Shown here: one piece after another, positions 1 to 11,328 of the stretch
Layout of the letters: each line of letters starts with the position of its first letter
Numbering within the stretch: position 1 is the stretch's first letter
DNA from: Antedon mediterranea
Taxonomy: Eukaryota; Animalia; Echinodermata
Assembly (NCBI RefSeq): GCF_964355755.1
Contig: NC_092677.1
Span: 8,826,101 to 8,890,100, forward strand
DNA length: 64,000 nt
Direction of reading: 5' to 3'
Position numbers and translations under genes: made by a program
The notes under the pieces: model-generated
Databases searched by the model: none
The model's input: only the letters and a program-made list of their open reading frames with translations
What the model was told of the DNA's origin: nothing

Positions 1-320
1 TATTTGAGGACTACGGGGCAACTCGCCTTAACGACGGGTTACAGAGTACTGACAGAAAATTATAATTTATTTTAGCAAGAAGGGTCAGCCTCATGCGCAA
101 AGATATTGAGTTTGTTTACTGAAATAGGCTAAGGGGAGTTCAATTCTTTTTCGTCATTCATTCGAGAATAGTATTTCATTCTATTTTTTAAACATACAGT
201 AGTAAGCCTACTTAATTAAATTAGCAAAAACTGGTTTCCACTACGACACAATTCAAAGACTCAAATAGCAACGCAAGTAATCTGAACGTGTTCAGATGGC
301 CTGCGATTGCGCTTCCTTAA

Positions 321-884
321 AGTGGAGGTGCTCTCAAAAAATGTCACATTTTTATTTTATTCAGTTCATAATAAACATTACTTTCATCTAAATTAAGGTA
401 TTTTTTAATGTTGTTGTATGCTGCATGGTAATTCTGAAAAACATCAAAAAATGCCATCTGGGGGGATAGTTCAAATTACAAACCTTTTTCCCTATTCATT
501 TGCATATAAATTGAAAAAAAAACGATGAGTTTTAAAAGAATCGTAAAAAATATATGCAAGTTCCAAAAATATTATACATATATGTTTTCAGATTTTTCGG
601 AACCCAAATTTTTCATTTCCGATGTTTTTTTGTCTTTTTTGGAACTTGCATATATTTTTTACGATTTTTTTAAAACTCATCGTTTTTTTTTCAATTTACA
701 TGCAAATGAATAGGGAAAAAGGTTTGTAATTTGAACTATCCCCCCAGATGGCATTTTTTGATGTTTTTCAGAATTACCATGCAGCATACAACAAAATTAA
801 AAAATACCTTAATTTAGATGAAAGTAATGTTTATTATGAACTGAATAAAATAAAAATGTGAAATTTTTTGAGAGCACCTCCACT
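321..884. mobile_element. Foldback MITE, Kolobok-like (TTAA target-site duplication, AG...CT termini, ~250-bp inverted arms)
   Basis: TTAA (317-320) + AGTGGAGGTGCTCTCAAAAAAT... is mirrored by ...ATTTTTTGAGAGCACCTCCACT + TTAA (885-888). The arms are near-perfect reverse complements over ~250 bp around a ~65-bp centre. TTAA duplication with purine-purine termini is the Kolobok signature; piggyBac typically starts CC. Confidence 0.85.
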
Positions 885-1079
885 TTAAGTACGTCCTTAT
901 GCGTTGCGCCAAAACGGGGAACCAAGTTATTGTTAAGGAACATATGTTAGAACAATAGAAAAGTACAGACAAAGTTGTATTGATCAAAACGTCGAGAAAT
1001 ACGTTCTTTTCAGAATTAACCTGTGTACCACAAACAACAATAATGTTATAGTTTAATATACGTTTCTTTTATGTTACAG

Positions 1080-4000
1080 CCTATTTATCTTACAAGGTAG
1101 GGGCTACAGCAAAGTCTGCGTTCTCGTCAAAGGGTAATCCAGACAAAGCTGTTGATGGAAATGACAATTCTCTCTTCGAAGATGGGACATGTGCGCATAC
1201 ACGTAAGTGTTTCGCATAATTGAACTTATTGTATAATGTATCTCTAAAATAGTATCTCTAAAAAAGTATAACATCAATGACCTATTTACAGGTTAAATAT
1301 TCAATCAAACACAGCTACTAAGGTGTCTGGAATCTCCAGAAGACTTGTAGCAAACAATTACCTAAACGTTGCGAAATTCTAAACCTTATTTACTTCTTTT
1401 TTTTTAAAGTACTGAAAACCTAATTTTACTGGATATTTACTGGACACGCAGACCTTCCAACAATATTTTAACATATTATTTATATTATATATATTATACT
1501 AGCTCATACTAAATATAGGCCTACTAATTATAAGGTATGTTTTATACTAGAGAGTTCATATCAAGAATGGATCAAAATTGACCTTCTGAAGGAATACAGT
1601 ATTACAAGTGTTACTGTCATTAATAGAGTGCACGGTAAGAACACTAACGCAGTGCCAAATATTGATCGAAAAGTATACAAAGTTATGTCAAACAAGACCA
1701 TATACACTGCTGCAATCGCGTGGTCAAGTTAGTGTTTACCGACCAACCGACCGACCAATCGACCGACATAATGAGCTGTAGAGTCGCGTACGCGACTAAA
1801 AATGGGGTCGTTATAAAAGAAAAATACTTGAATGAAGATTAATAACAAAAAAGACTTTGAATGTGCCATTTCGCCATTTTAATAAAGTTACACACTACTT
1901 CCGTAGAAAAAAAAATGTTTGCACTTATAAAACACAAATAAATTCAACCAAAAACCCATTAAAATCCTGTCAATTTGACTATTTTTTGCTTAACAATTTT
2001 ACAGTTTTTTAGGTAAATAATTTGTCTTTCGATCCACTTGTTGGTATATAATAATTTTTAAATAATGATAAATGGTATATTCAACCAAAACTCTTCCTCC
2101 TCCGAGAAGAAACAAAAAAATAATAATAATTCGCCACATTTCGCAAACATGAAAACTAGTTAAGGCTGCGGTAAAACTTTCTTCGTCCGCTTAGTTGCAG
2201 CTGGTAAAATTGTGCCAAAAACATAAGTGTGTTTGTTGTTCAGTAACGGAATGCATATATTTTTTATCTGGGTAAGCGATTCATGAGCAAATCTTGAACT
2301 TTGGCCTACGGTTTACAGGATCTAATTAGGATCATCCTTTACAAAAACCGATGTTTGAAAACCCAATTATTATTATTATTAGTTCAGTTTGACGAGTTAC
2401 TTTTGATTATTTTTGTAGGCCTTCAAAAGAAGTTTGAAGGATTTGCTTTTTCATGCTTAGCAAAGACACTCGACAATCCGCACGTACTAATAGTAAGTGC
2501 TATCGTACGGTACCTCAGTTGATGAACTTAATCTTGCACAGTGCAAATATATTTGTAATGTGTGGGTTAAATGCCTGGATTTTTAGTCTCTACAACTCAC
2601 TATGTCGGTCGGTCGATAAACTCAAATTTGTCAATCGTGAAGGTAGTGGAGTCAGTCTTTACAAGAAAACAAAAGAAATGGTTAAGATAATAATTAATTG
2701 CCATAATTATTAGTTTCCTAATTCTGATTGGAAGGAACAGATTGATCATTTAGTTATTTTAATGCACTGCATTAATTATTTTTAATAGGTCTAAATGTTT
2801 ATAATTAAACTGTAGGTAACCCAATCATGCTGTACCTGCATAGGGTTTTGAGTCATCATAGATGTATTAATTAAATCAGAGTTTGAATAGTTTATTTTGT
2901 AGATGTAATACAGTTAATTACTTCCGTAGAAAAAAATACAATAACAAATAATGTTTTCATTTATAAAATGACAAAATAAATGATTAAAATCAACCAAAAG
3001 TCCATTGACTGGCAGCCAATTTGACTATTTATTTTTCAGGTAAATAATTTAAAAATTAATAATAAAAAAATGATCATTCTTATCAAATTAACGGCTCTCA
3101 AGATGATAATCGAGAATTTTCCTAATTTTACTTAAAGAGGACACACAACTCCGATTACAAGATGCTGAAGTACGAATAGGTAATGACATAGGATCTATGG
3201 GTGGTAGTAAGTGTGGTACTTCCATAACCAATGCGCAGGTTATAAAAAGTCGAATCATTGACGTCATCTGTGATCAACCAATCAACGGTCGTTATGTTAT
3301 GCTATGGAATCCTTTGAAATCAGGATATTTGCATATTTGTGAGATAAAAGTGTATACCGAGTACAACTATGAGGTCGGTAAGTAGGCCTATATGCTTCAA
3401 TTGTAATATTATAATAACAATAATACAATAATATTTATTCGGCATGTTATATCAAACACAATCAGGAGCAAGCAACAGGCATCATAGGCCAGAATTAACT
3501 TCTCTTGATAAAAAAAAAAGAAATATTAAAATATATTTTATATGGAACGTGCCATAAAAGTTGAATCTTCAACAATACGTAATGATCATCAAATATAGTT
3601 TCAGGTCAAATAAAAAAAAACTATTTTTTTCTGATCCAACAAATAAATGTAATAAAACGAAACAATTACATTTCATTCTCTATCTTTCACTGGTTGATAA
3701 ATTAAGCTTAGCCATTATTTTTGTACAATAAAAAATAAAATCCATTAAAAAAGAGAACCAGATGAACATTTTCACTAAAAATGTTAGTTAATAAGCGTAA
3801 CTATGACGTCATTTTTTCCAGTTGAATGCAGACACACGCAACAAGGAGAGGATTATCGTGGTTTAGTATCAGCGACAACAACTGGAATCGTTTGCCAGAA
3901 ATGGACAGAACAATCACCACATACACATAGCTACTCTGAAGATGTCGATACAGGAATCGGCCCACATAATTTGTGCCGAAATCCAAATAGTAAAATGGAA

Positions 4001-5407
4001 CCATGGTGCTACACCACAGATCCAAGTGTTGAATGGGAATACTGCGACGTAGCACAGGTCAATATATCCTGTCCACTTGGTAAGTCTCTTCTCTTCTGTA
4101 CATGTCATTTGTTGATGCTGACTTATTGTCGTTTCCAACTTCTGGAACCTGCTGTTTTGGAAACATGTATATAAAAGATAGCCCATAATCTTTAGCTATC
4201 GTGCATAAATTGGAATCTTTGTATTCTTTCCTTAAATTTATCCAGGTAAATTTAAAAATGTAACTGCACCTTTTTTTTTAATTTGGCCTATGAGCCTACT
4301 TTTTTCTTTCAAAATGAAACGTTCGGTTCTTCCTATTCCCGTTAATGTTTTTTTTTTTTGGAAAACACATCTTACAATTTCTCTTTAATTTGTAGCTAAG
4401 TACACTCACTGTCTTGTTTATATATTAACAGGAAAATTTGAAGGTAATCTTAATCCAGTTGGTATATGGCTGTTAAGCTACTCTTGTTTGCTTCAGTATT
4501 TCTTTGGAAGTATGACGTGGTCATCGTTTGGTGCTGAATGTGCGAACAGTATTTCAAGCACAGTTAACATGACAGTGAACCTGAAAGACGACGTGCCTGC
4601 TCTTACAATCGCTTTCTATATCTACCCTTACCATAACTCAGTGGGAAATATTGTTGAATTTGGCAATAACGACGCCCGTCTGAAAATTGAACAGACAAGC
4701 GGCGATAGCAATTACCAATCTGAAGTAACCGTGTTCTACGATAATCACCAGTTAACAAGAGCTCATGTCTTGCAACCAGAAGAATGGACATTTCTTGCTG
4801 TTACATTTGACGGAAACAAACAGAACATCAAACTCTGGAGGAATGGAGAAATCGCAAGCATCGCCAATACAGATTTCCAGCAAATACAACTGTCTCCTGT
4901 CAGTAAAGATATCAAGATTGGTGGAAATGGACTACAAGCCCACATTGCTACCGTCATGGTATACGACCGAGTATTAGATGAGTCAGAAATAAAGGCAGCC
5001 AGAGATAGACATGGTAAATACAATTAATAATAGAATCAAATTTAAATGAAAACCAAGAAAACTATCTAGTTGAATGTACCCCAGTCTGTTTATTAATATT
5101 AAGCTATATAGTACTAATATATATTATCGATTATCGATTAGTTTCAGATTATGGAATTTTTCAGAAAGTGATTAGCAGCCAAGTCAATGGTCGGTTTCTT
5201 CAGACTGCAATTGTTCGATCTAGTTTAGACTGCTCTCGGTTGTGTTTGGAAACGCATTGCTGTGACGCGTTTACTTTCAGAAAGAATGATAAAGCCTGTT
5301 CTTTGTTTGCGCTCATGAATAAATCATGTTCTCTGTCCTCGGCCTACGGACCCTTAGAAATATTTATGATAGAAAATGGTGTGGAATATTATCGAAAACT
5401 AACATAG
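1080..5407 (+). CDS. Multi-exon extracellular-type protein: F-type lectin (fucolectin) + kringle + LamG/ConA-like + PAN/apple; 5' end not found
   Basis: GT-AG exons, all joined in phase 1: 1080-1202 (KAVDGN...GTCAHT), 1551-1634 (WIKIDLLKEYSITSVTVINR), 3138-3377 (RLQDAEVRIG...CG...C...GRYV...LHICEIKVY), 3822-4079 (kringle GEDYRG...CQKW...NLCRNP...PWCYTTDP...WEYC), 4432-5013 (LamG-like EWTFLAVTFDG...LWRNG...VYDRVL) and 5148-5407 (PAN: CSRLC...CDAFTF...CSL, stop). Confidence 0.85.
1691..1802 (-). mobile_element. Short non-autonomous Helentron/DINE-1-like element (HINE)
   Basis: AACAAGACCATATAC end, internal (GACC)n tract, perfect 16-bp palindrome AGTCGCGTACGCGACT (1782-1797) followed by an A-run. 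Related copies lie at ~2580-2640, 32184-32276 and 56662-56780. Confidence 0.65.
1830..2090 (+). mobile_element. Degenerate copy of a second Kolobok-like MITE family (also ~2915-3050, 21882-22185, 41231-41427)
   Basis: Shares the blocks TTTTAATAAAGT...CGTA(G)AAAAAAA...CACTTATAAAA...TTCAACCAAAAA.CCATT...CAATTTGAC.ATTTTTTGCTT...AGGTAAATAA...TTCGATCCA with the copy at 21882. Confidence 0.55.
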
Positions 5408-5839
5408 TTGCTGAAAGATGAATATAGCAAATGAATTATTATAAACTGTATGGTGCGGCACGTCAATCTCGAGCTATAAATTATTTGAAGTCACTAATAA
5501 TTATCTTATTAGACCTAATGTATGATTGGTTCAAATTGTTTTCATTTTTATATTAGTACTATCATTTTTGTCACATATTGATTTGATTATGTATTTGACA
5601 TTACTTCATCAACAGCAACATGTCGTTAAAAAAGTTAAGTATGTCCATTATTTAAATTTTAAAGTCAATTCATATTTTTGTATTTATCACTTTTACATCC
5701 TAAATATTGATTCATTCGAACGAAATATGAGTGTGTTTAACTTATGCTAGTGTCGTGCTTTTAATCGTGATGCTACTTTATGTCATGTAATTTACACTGC
5801 GTCGAGTGGAAAAACCATAGTTATACGATCGGCACAGGT

Positions 5840-5995
5840 TCTGGTCACTCATCGAACATGCTCTGGTGGTAGAACAAGTCTTCTCGCTTAAAAAGGACTT
5901 AAAACTGGAAGTCGAATGTACACATCTGGCTCGTGTGCACTTTAAAGAACCCAGTTCATCTTTCGGGACAGTAGGCGGTTAGCACGGTGTACTGT
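5840..5995 (+). mobile_element. Degenerate tRNA-derived SINE body (same family as 15768 and 34683)
   Basis: GTCTTCTCG...AAGGACT.AAAAC...TGTACAC...GTGCACTTTAAAGAACCCAGTTCATC is shared with the other two copies. Confidence 0.6.
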
Positions 5996-6008
5996 TTGTT
6001 TCAATGTA

Positions 6009-7000
6009 CGATACTTTGTTAAAACTGTCATTGTAATAGTCGATAGTACATGTAACGATACACCACTACAACGTTTATTTTGTTGTAATTATTAATTAAT
6101 ATAAACGTTGACAAGCAACTGTCAGTAACAAAGTATTTTTCAAGATAGCCATCCATTAGACAGTGTATACCGTTGAACTTAAATTCGTTTTAATTGTCAA
6201 TAACTAATTATCTAACACAATTTAATCAGTGATCAGGGTTACATCACATTTGCGATTTAATACTTTGTTGAAACTGTCACTGTCAATAGTACATGTAAAG
6301 ATACACCACTACAGCGTTTATATTTTTTGTCATTATTAATCAATACAAACATTGAGAAGGAACTGTCAGTAACAAAGTATTTTTCAAGATCGACATCCAT
6401 TAGACATAGTAAATGTAACGATACACCACTACAACGTTTATATGTGTTGTAATTATTAATTAAAACGTCAAAACGTTGAAAAGCAACTATCAGTAACACA
6501 TTTTATTTGTACACATTGTGCGTTTATATATCTAATAGTAGGGCCTACCCACACTCACAGTAATAAGTTTATTTGTACATGTGTTATATATCTAACAGTA
6601 CTAAAGGTTTATTCTTTAAGGGCCATAGGTTTACCTACAGGTACTTGTGTTAAACCAAATACTGTAGTTATATTGGAATGTTCCATTCATCGCAAATCAA
6701 TACATTTGTATAAACGTATATTAAATCTAAGAAAATAGGCCCGTCTTCAACATTATGATGCTGTACGCGATCTGTTCAACTGGTTTTCAGCTATTAAAAA
6801 CAATTATCGTAGGAGGAGATAGGAAAATGCGAAGCATCCTCGTATTATTGTGTGCGGGTATTTTTCAAGATGGACATCCATTAGACAGTGTATACCACGA
6901 TCGGAAAACACCCCTATTTGGGGCAAATCATTGAACCTAAATTCGTTTTAATCGTCAAACTAATTATAACTCAATTTAATTAGTAAACAGGGTTACATCA
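6009..7000. repeat. Local imperfect duplications (~120-250-bp blocks)
   Basis: AGTA(C/A)ATGTAA(C/A)GATACACCACTACA...AAG(C/G)AACT(G/A)TCAGTAACA occurs three times (~6045, ~6290, ~6410). GTATTTTTCAAGAT...CATCCATTAGACA...AAATTCGTTTTAAT...CAGGGTTACATC recurs at ~6133-6245 and ~6858-7000. Confidence 0.7.
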
Positions 7001-7598
7001 GGTTGTTAAAATCAGTACCGACAGTATGAACCAACTGTATATACCATCGAGTAAAAATTCTAGAAGGCGCAATTTACCGATTTTTTCCCTTACGGAAATT
7101 TATATATAGATTAGTAATGATTTTGAGGTGTTACTTTACGTTTGTATATTAATTAAATCTATGTTCAATGTAATACTACAAAGATAAAATATCGTTTTAT
7201 CTTTTTAGACATTAATTCATTTTGAAATAAATGTGGGTTTCCACAAAAGAGAAAAAAAAACATGTGTATCCTGTGTATTAGTTTGGTCCATCGATATGTA
7301 TTTGCAGCAGCATATTATTACGATTCTAATCATTCCACAATTTTACTTTTTTTTCTAGTTCATGGTATGCTACATTTATTTCTAAAAATTTTAACTGGAT
7401 GTTTCCCCCAATTTAGTTTTTTTACATGTCATTCCTGATACCGCACACACCGAATTGTTCAACTACTGGTAGTCGTCCTAATTGTTATCACCAACATACA
7501 ATACACTATCATCGGCTCTCCTTCTATTTGTTCTTTTCGTGAACACGTTAGCAGAATTGCTTTCCATTGAGTTGTTTTGGAACTATAGTGTGAACCAT

Positions 7599-8599
7599 AT
7601 TAAATTCTACTGGCAAGCTGTACAACCCGGCCAGACTTAAAGCTAAGACAAAAATATTTAAGGTTCTTCTTCGTGATTTTCTTTATGCAGATGATGCCTG
7701 TTTCTGCAGCCATTCTCCTAATGGTCTACAACTTCTACTTGATAAATTTTCATGTGCCTGTGAACACTTTGGTCTCACCATAAGTGTAAAGAAAACAAAG
7801 ATTTTACCGTTTAAAACAACTGGTCAAAACAATTTTATTGTCAACAATTTTCTACTTGAAAATGTTAGTAAATTGTCTTATCTTGGTTCAGTTATAACTT
7901 ATAACAACTCTCTTGATTGTGAACTAAACATTCGAATCGGAAGAGCTTCTAGTACTCTCAGTCAGTTGTCTGCACGTGTTTGGGAAAACAAAAATATTAG
8001 AGTGGCTGTGAAGATAAAAGTGTATATGGCATGTGTCATTAGCGTCCTCTTGTATGGAGCTGAATCATGGGCAACCTATGCTAGACAAGAAAAGAAACTA
8101 AATGTCTTTCACCTCCGCTGTCTCCGGACTATCTTAAATATCAGATGGCAGGACAGGGTAACAAACAACAGTATCCTTGATAGATAGATGTGGCATTCCT
8201 TCGATATTTACATTAATTCGACAGCGAAGACTACGATGGCTTGGTCATGTCAGAAGAATGGACGATACAAGAACTCCAAAGGTTATGTTGTATGGTGAGC
8301 TAGCGAATTGTAAAAGATCCAAAGGACGTCCACTTTTGCGTTTCAAAGATGCATGTAAAAGAGACTTGAAGGCAATGGACATCAATGTTAACACCTGGGA
8401 AAAAAGGCTGATGACCGAAAATCATGGAAAGATTGTATTAAGGCAGGACTTGTACACAGTGAAGAAAAATATCGTATGGAAAATGAAGAGAGGTATCTGA
8501 AAAGAAAATCTAGATCAGCCACTGGAACTCACTGGAAAACGGATGAAATTCTCTCCAATGTCGTCTCCATAGTCAATCTTGACTGAAGGATGCCTGATG
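7599..8599 (+). mobile_element. 5'-truncated RTE-clade LINE (reverse transcriptase C-terminal half) with target-site duplication
   Basis: Translates GKLYNPARLKAKTK...RDFLYADDA...FGLTISVKKTK...YLGS...LLYGAESW...FHLRCLRTIL...RRLRWLGHVRRMDDTRTPKVMLYGEL. There is a frameshift at a GATA duplication (~8180). The 3' end is ...GACTGAAGGATGCC, and the direct repeat AGTGTGAACCAT flanks it at 7587-7598 and 8600-8611. Confidence 0.9.
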
Positions 8600-8945
8600 A
8601 GTGTGAACCATTAAAGCTGTGGGTTGCTGCTCATTACTAGTGTGAACCACCCAAATAGCTGTTGTAGAAAGCTATTCATTAATAGTTATTGTAGCATGGT
8701 AATCATCACCACCCATTAAAGGTGTTGTACATGCCTATAAATTAGATAATAGTAATTGAGATCACCGTAAAATTACTACACTTAAAATCAGAAATCCTGA
8801 AAGTCTGGTTACCGGTACAGTTTGATGGTACAGTATATCTCCCAGTTAAGTATATTTTAAAAGAAGCATTATTACTGTCCGACATTAGAAAGAGGAAGAT
8901 ATAGATTAGTTTTATGGGTGTTTTATTTTTGTACAGCTTATTTAT

Positions 8946-9036
8946 AGATTGGTGGAAATGGACTACAAGCCCGCATTGCTACTCTTACGGTGTATGACTG
9001 AATATTAGACGAGTCAAAATGAAGGAAGACAGATAT
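8946..9036 (+). pseudogene. Decayed duplicate of the 3' part of the LamG exon
   Basis: AGATTGGTGGAAATGGACTACAAGCCC.CATTGCTAC... matches ~4915-5005, but has a CGA>TGA change at ~8999 and a 1-nt deletion. Confidence 0.75.
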
Positions 9037-9394
9037 CGTTTATAAGACGATAAATAGGCCTACAAATCACAATATTTCTTATAGAGATGTTTCATAACAT
9101 ATAACTAAACAATAAGGTCGATTTTCATAACTATTTCTTTTTCATTTAGTTGTTAGACATAGCCTCTCCTAAAAAATACCAGCCAGGGAGCTTAACAGTT
9201 TAATACATAGGTTTGCCCTATTTTGACGTATTGCACAGAATGCTCCACCTCTTTGAGACCACCAGATATTTACTTGTTCGCAAAGTGGTCTCAATGTACA
9301 ATTTCGTCGCATTTTGGAAAGTCATCTAGCTGACAACACCATATGTTTATTTTAGAAGAGTAATAATAATGTTGATTTTATTGATTAGATTCAG

Positions 9395-9618
9395 GGCAAG
9401 GGATTTTCCGGAAAGTGAGTAGCGGTCACATGATTGTCCAGTATCTTCAGAGTTCAGCTTTTCGATCAATTTCGGATTGTTCTCGATGGTGCACGGAAAA
9501 TCATCGCTGTGATGCGTTTGGTTATAGAAAGAATTATATGGCCTGCTGTTTGTATTCTGATATAGGTCTACCAGTGGAAAGCTTTGCAACAGAAAGTAAT
9601 GTGAAGTACTATGGCTGA
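9395..9618 (+). CDS. Second PAN/apple exon (paralogue of 5148-5407), open reading frame; candidate alternative last exon
   Basis: Acceptor GATTAGATTCAG mirrors GATTAGTTTCAG before 5148 and has the same phase 1. It reads GIFRKVSS...YLQSSAFRSISDCSRWCTENHRCDAFGYRKNYMACCLY...VKYYG*. Confidence 0.55.
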
Positions 9619-10884
9619 TTTAGATTTTTTTAAATCAACCGAATGATTATAATTTGGTTATAACAATGTATTTTTACATTTTGTACAGTGTTGAATCTTG
9701 TATTATTCTCTTATACTTATTGAAATGTCAGCTAAAAAACGTATAAAATGATTGATTAATAAGCAGATAGGCCTACATATTTTATTTGTTTTTTTGGCCA
9801 GGGCAATAACCACGCTTACGCTGCGCATTCAGAATAGAGGAGATAAAACGCATCGTCATTAATTTCTAAAACTATACAGCCTTTCACAGCATACTGTTTA
9901 TGACATAATTACTCTCTCTGACTGGAGTAGAACATACAATAATTAGTAGCTTATGGCGTATTCATAGTTTTGCCGACATAATAGAGGGTTTTTTTTACAT
10001 ACAAATGAAGGATATCATGGTTAACAATCTATAGAAGAAAAAATTCTTTAAATAAGTTAAGCTGAAAAGTGAGACTTTACCATTCACTATAGTGGCAATA
10101 TTCTCTCTAGGGTGAACAGCTATAACTAACCAATCAGACGTCAGACACCAACCAACAAACGTGGGTCTGGTTACATTGCGTCTACTACACTGTATGCTGT
10201 TTGTTCACACTTTTTAACATATTTCATGAATATTTCTTTACCATGACCGAATGAATTTCCCAGTTTGGGATAATAAAGTTTTAATGAATTAAATTTGCGT
10301 TTGAATTCTGGGATTTCGCCTCTTTGCTTACGTTAATTAACGTGAGCAATTTAAGAGGGGCTAAAAATCCAGAGGAGGAATAAACATTACTTTGATTGAC
10401 AGCTATAATATATATGCTGCAATTATTACACTACTGAAATATTTAGAGATATGGAATGCTGAAGACTATACCTGAGACACACATGTCCAAAAGAAGTTTG
10501 TATTTCTGAAGAAGAGTGGAACAGACTATAATCGAGAATGCACTCTGTGTAAAAAGTATAGTCATCAGTGGTGCACCCTTACTGTCATTGGTGTGCCATG
10601 CAGATAGATATAACACACATAACACATACAGTAATGTAGTATACCAATTCTTCAAAAGCTTTGATTAATGATCTGTGTCACATACTCTCCCGGTTTACAA
10701 TCTACCTACCACCATGAGCGGAGGCATAAAACTATAAAAAAAATTCCAATACGCAACAAATTTACCATTTAGTTTTGACCGCTTATATTGGGAACTACAT
10801 CTACTGTAATTCTCTGTAGATCAGTGTGGTTTATATTTAGAAATAGAGCTGTTTTGCATCATCTCCACCAATAAAATGTGTAAA

Positions 10885-11200
10885 ATAATAATAATAAATG
10901 AAAATTTCTATAGAACAAGTATCCTCCACCCAAGTGGCGCTATGTGCAGTAACAACTAGTAAAAACATCAGCATATAGTGATGTTTTCAGATTGATCTTA
11001 AAGCTGTTTAGACTAGTGGAGTATTAAACTGTTGTTGGTAAGCTATTCCATGAACTTGCAGTGGCAACATAATCTCCGACCCCACTGATTTTTTATCCTA
11101 CGCTCTTGAAGCAGGTTATGTGACTATGTTCGTAGACCTCTATGAAATGGTTCATAACAAGCTCTGATAAGTACGCAGGAGCACTGCCAATTGATTTTAA
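10885..11200 (-). mobile_element. Old L2/CR1-group LINE 3' remnant in the presumed USP25/28 3' UTR
   Basis: The minus strand translates, with lesions, GSAPAYLSEL...SWNSLPTT...SLNSFKINLKT, the typical ORF2 C-terminus, followed by a (TTA)n tail. Confidence 0.65.
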
Positions 11201-11328
11201 CCATTGGCAGATAATTCAACCACTAATCTCTGAAAACTGGTTTTGGCATCACTAAGGCTGAATCTCAACAAACCAGCTCTCACTTGTTTTATTGCATTGA
11301 TTTATTTCCCTATGGAATGCTCCATATG

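Noticed and set aside
6827-6860. Possible signal-peptide exon MRSILVLLCA for the duplicated lectin locus
   Set aside because: It is very short, the donor is weak, and it abuts a local repeat; it cannot be supported without transcripts.
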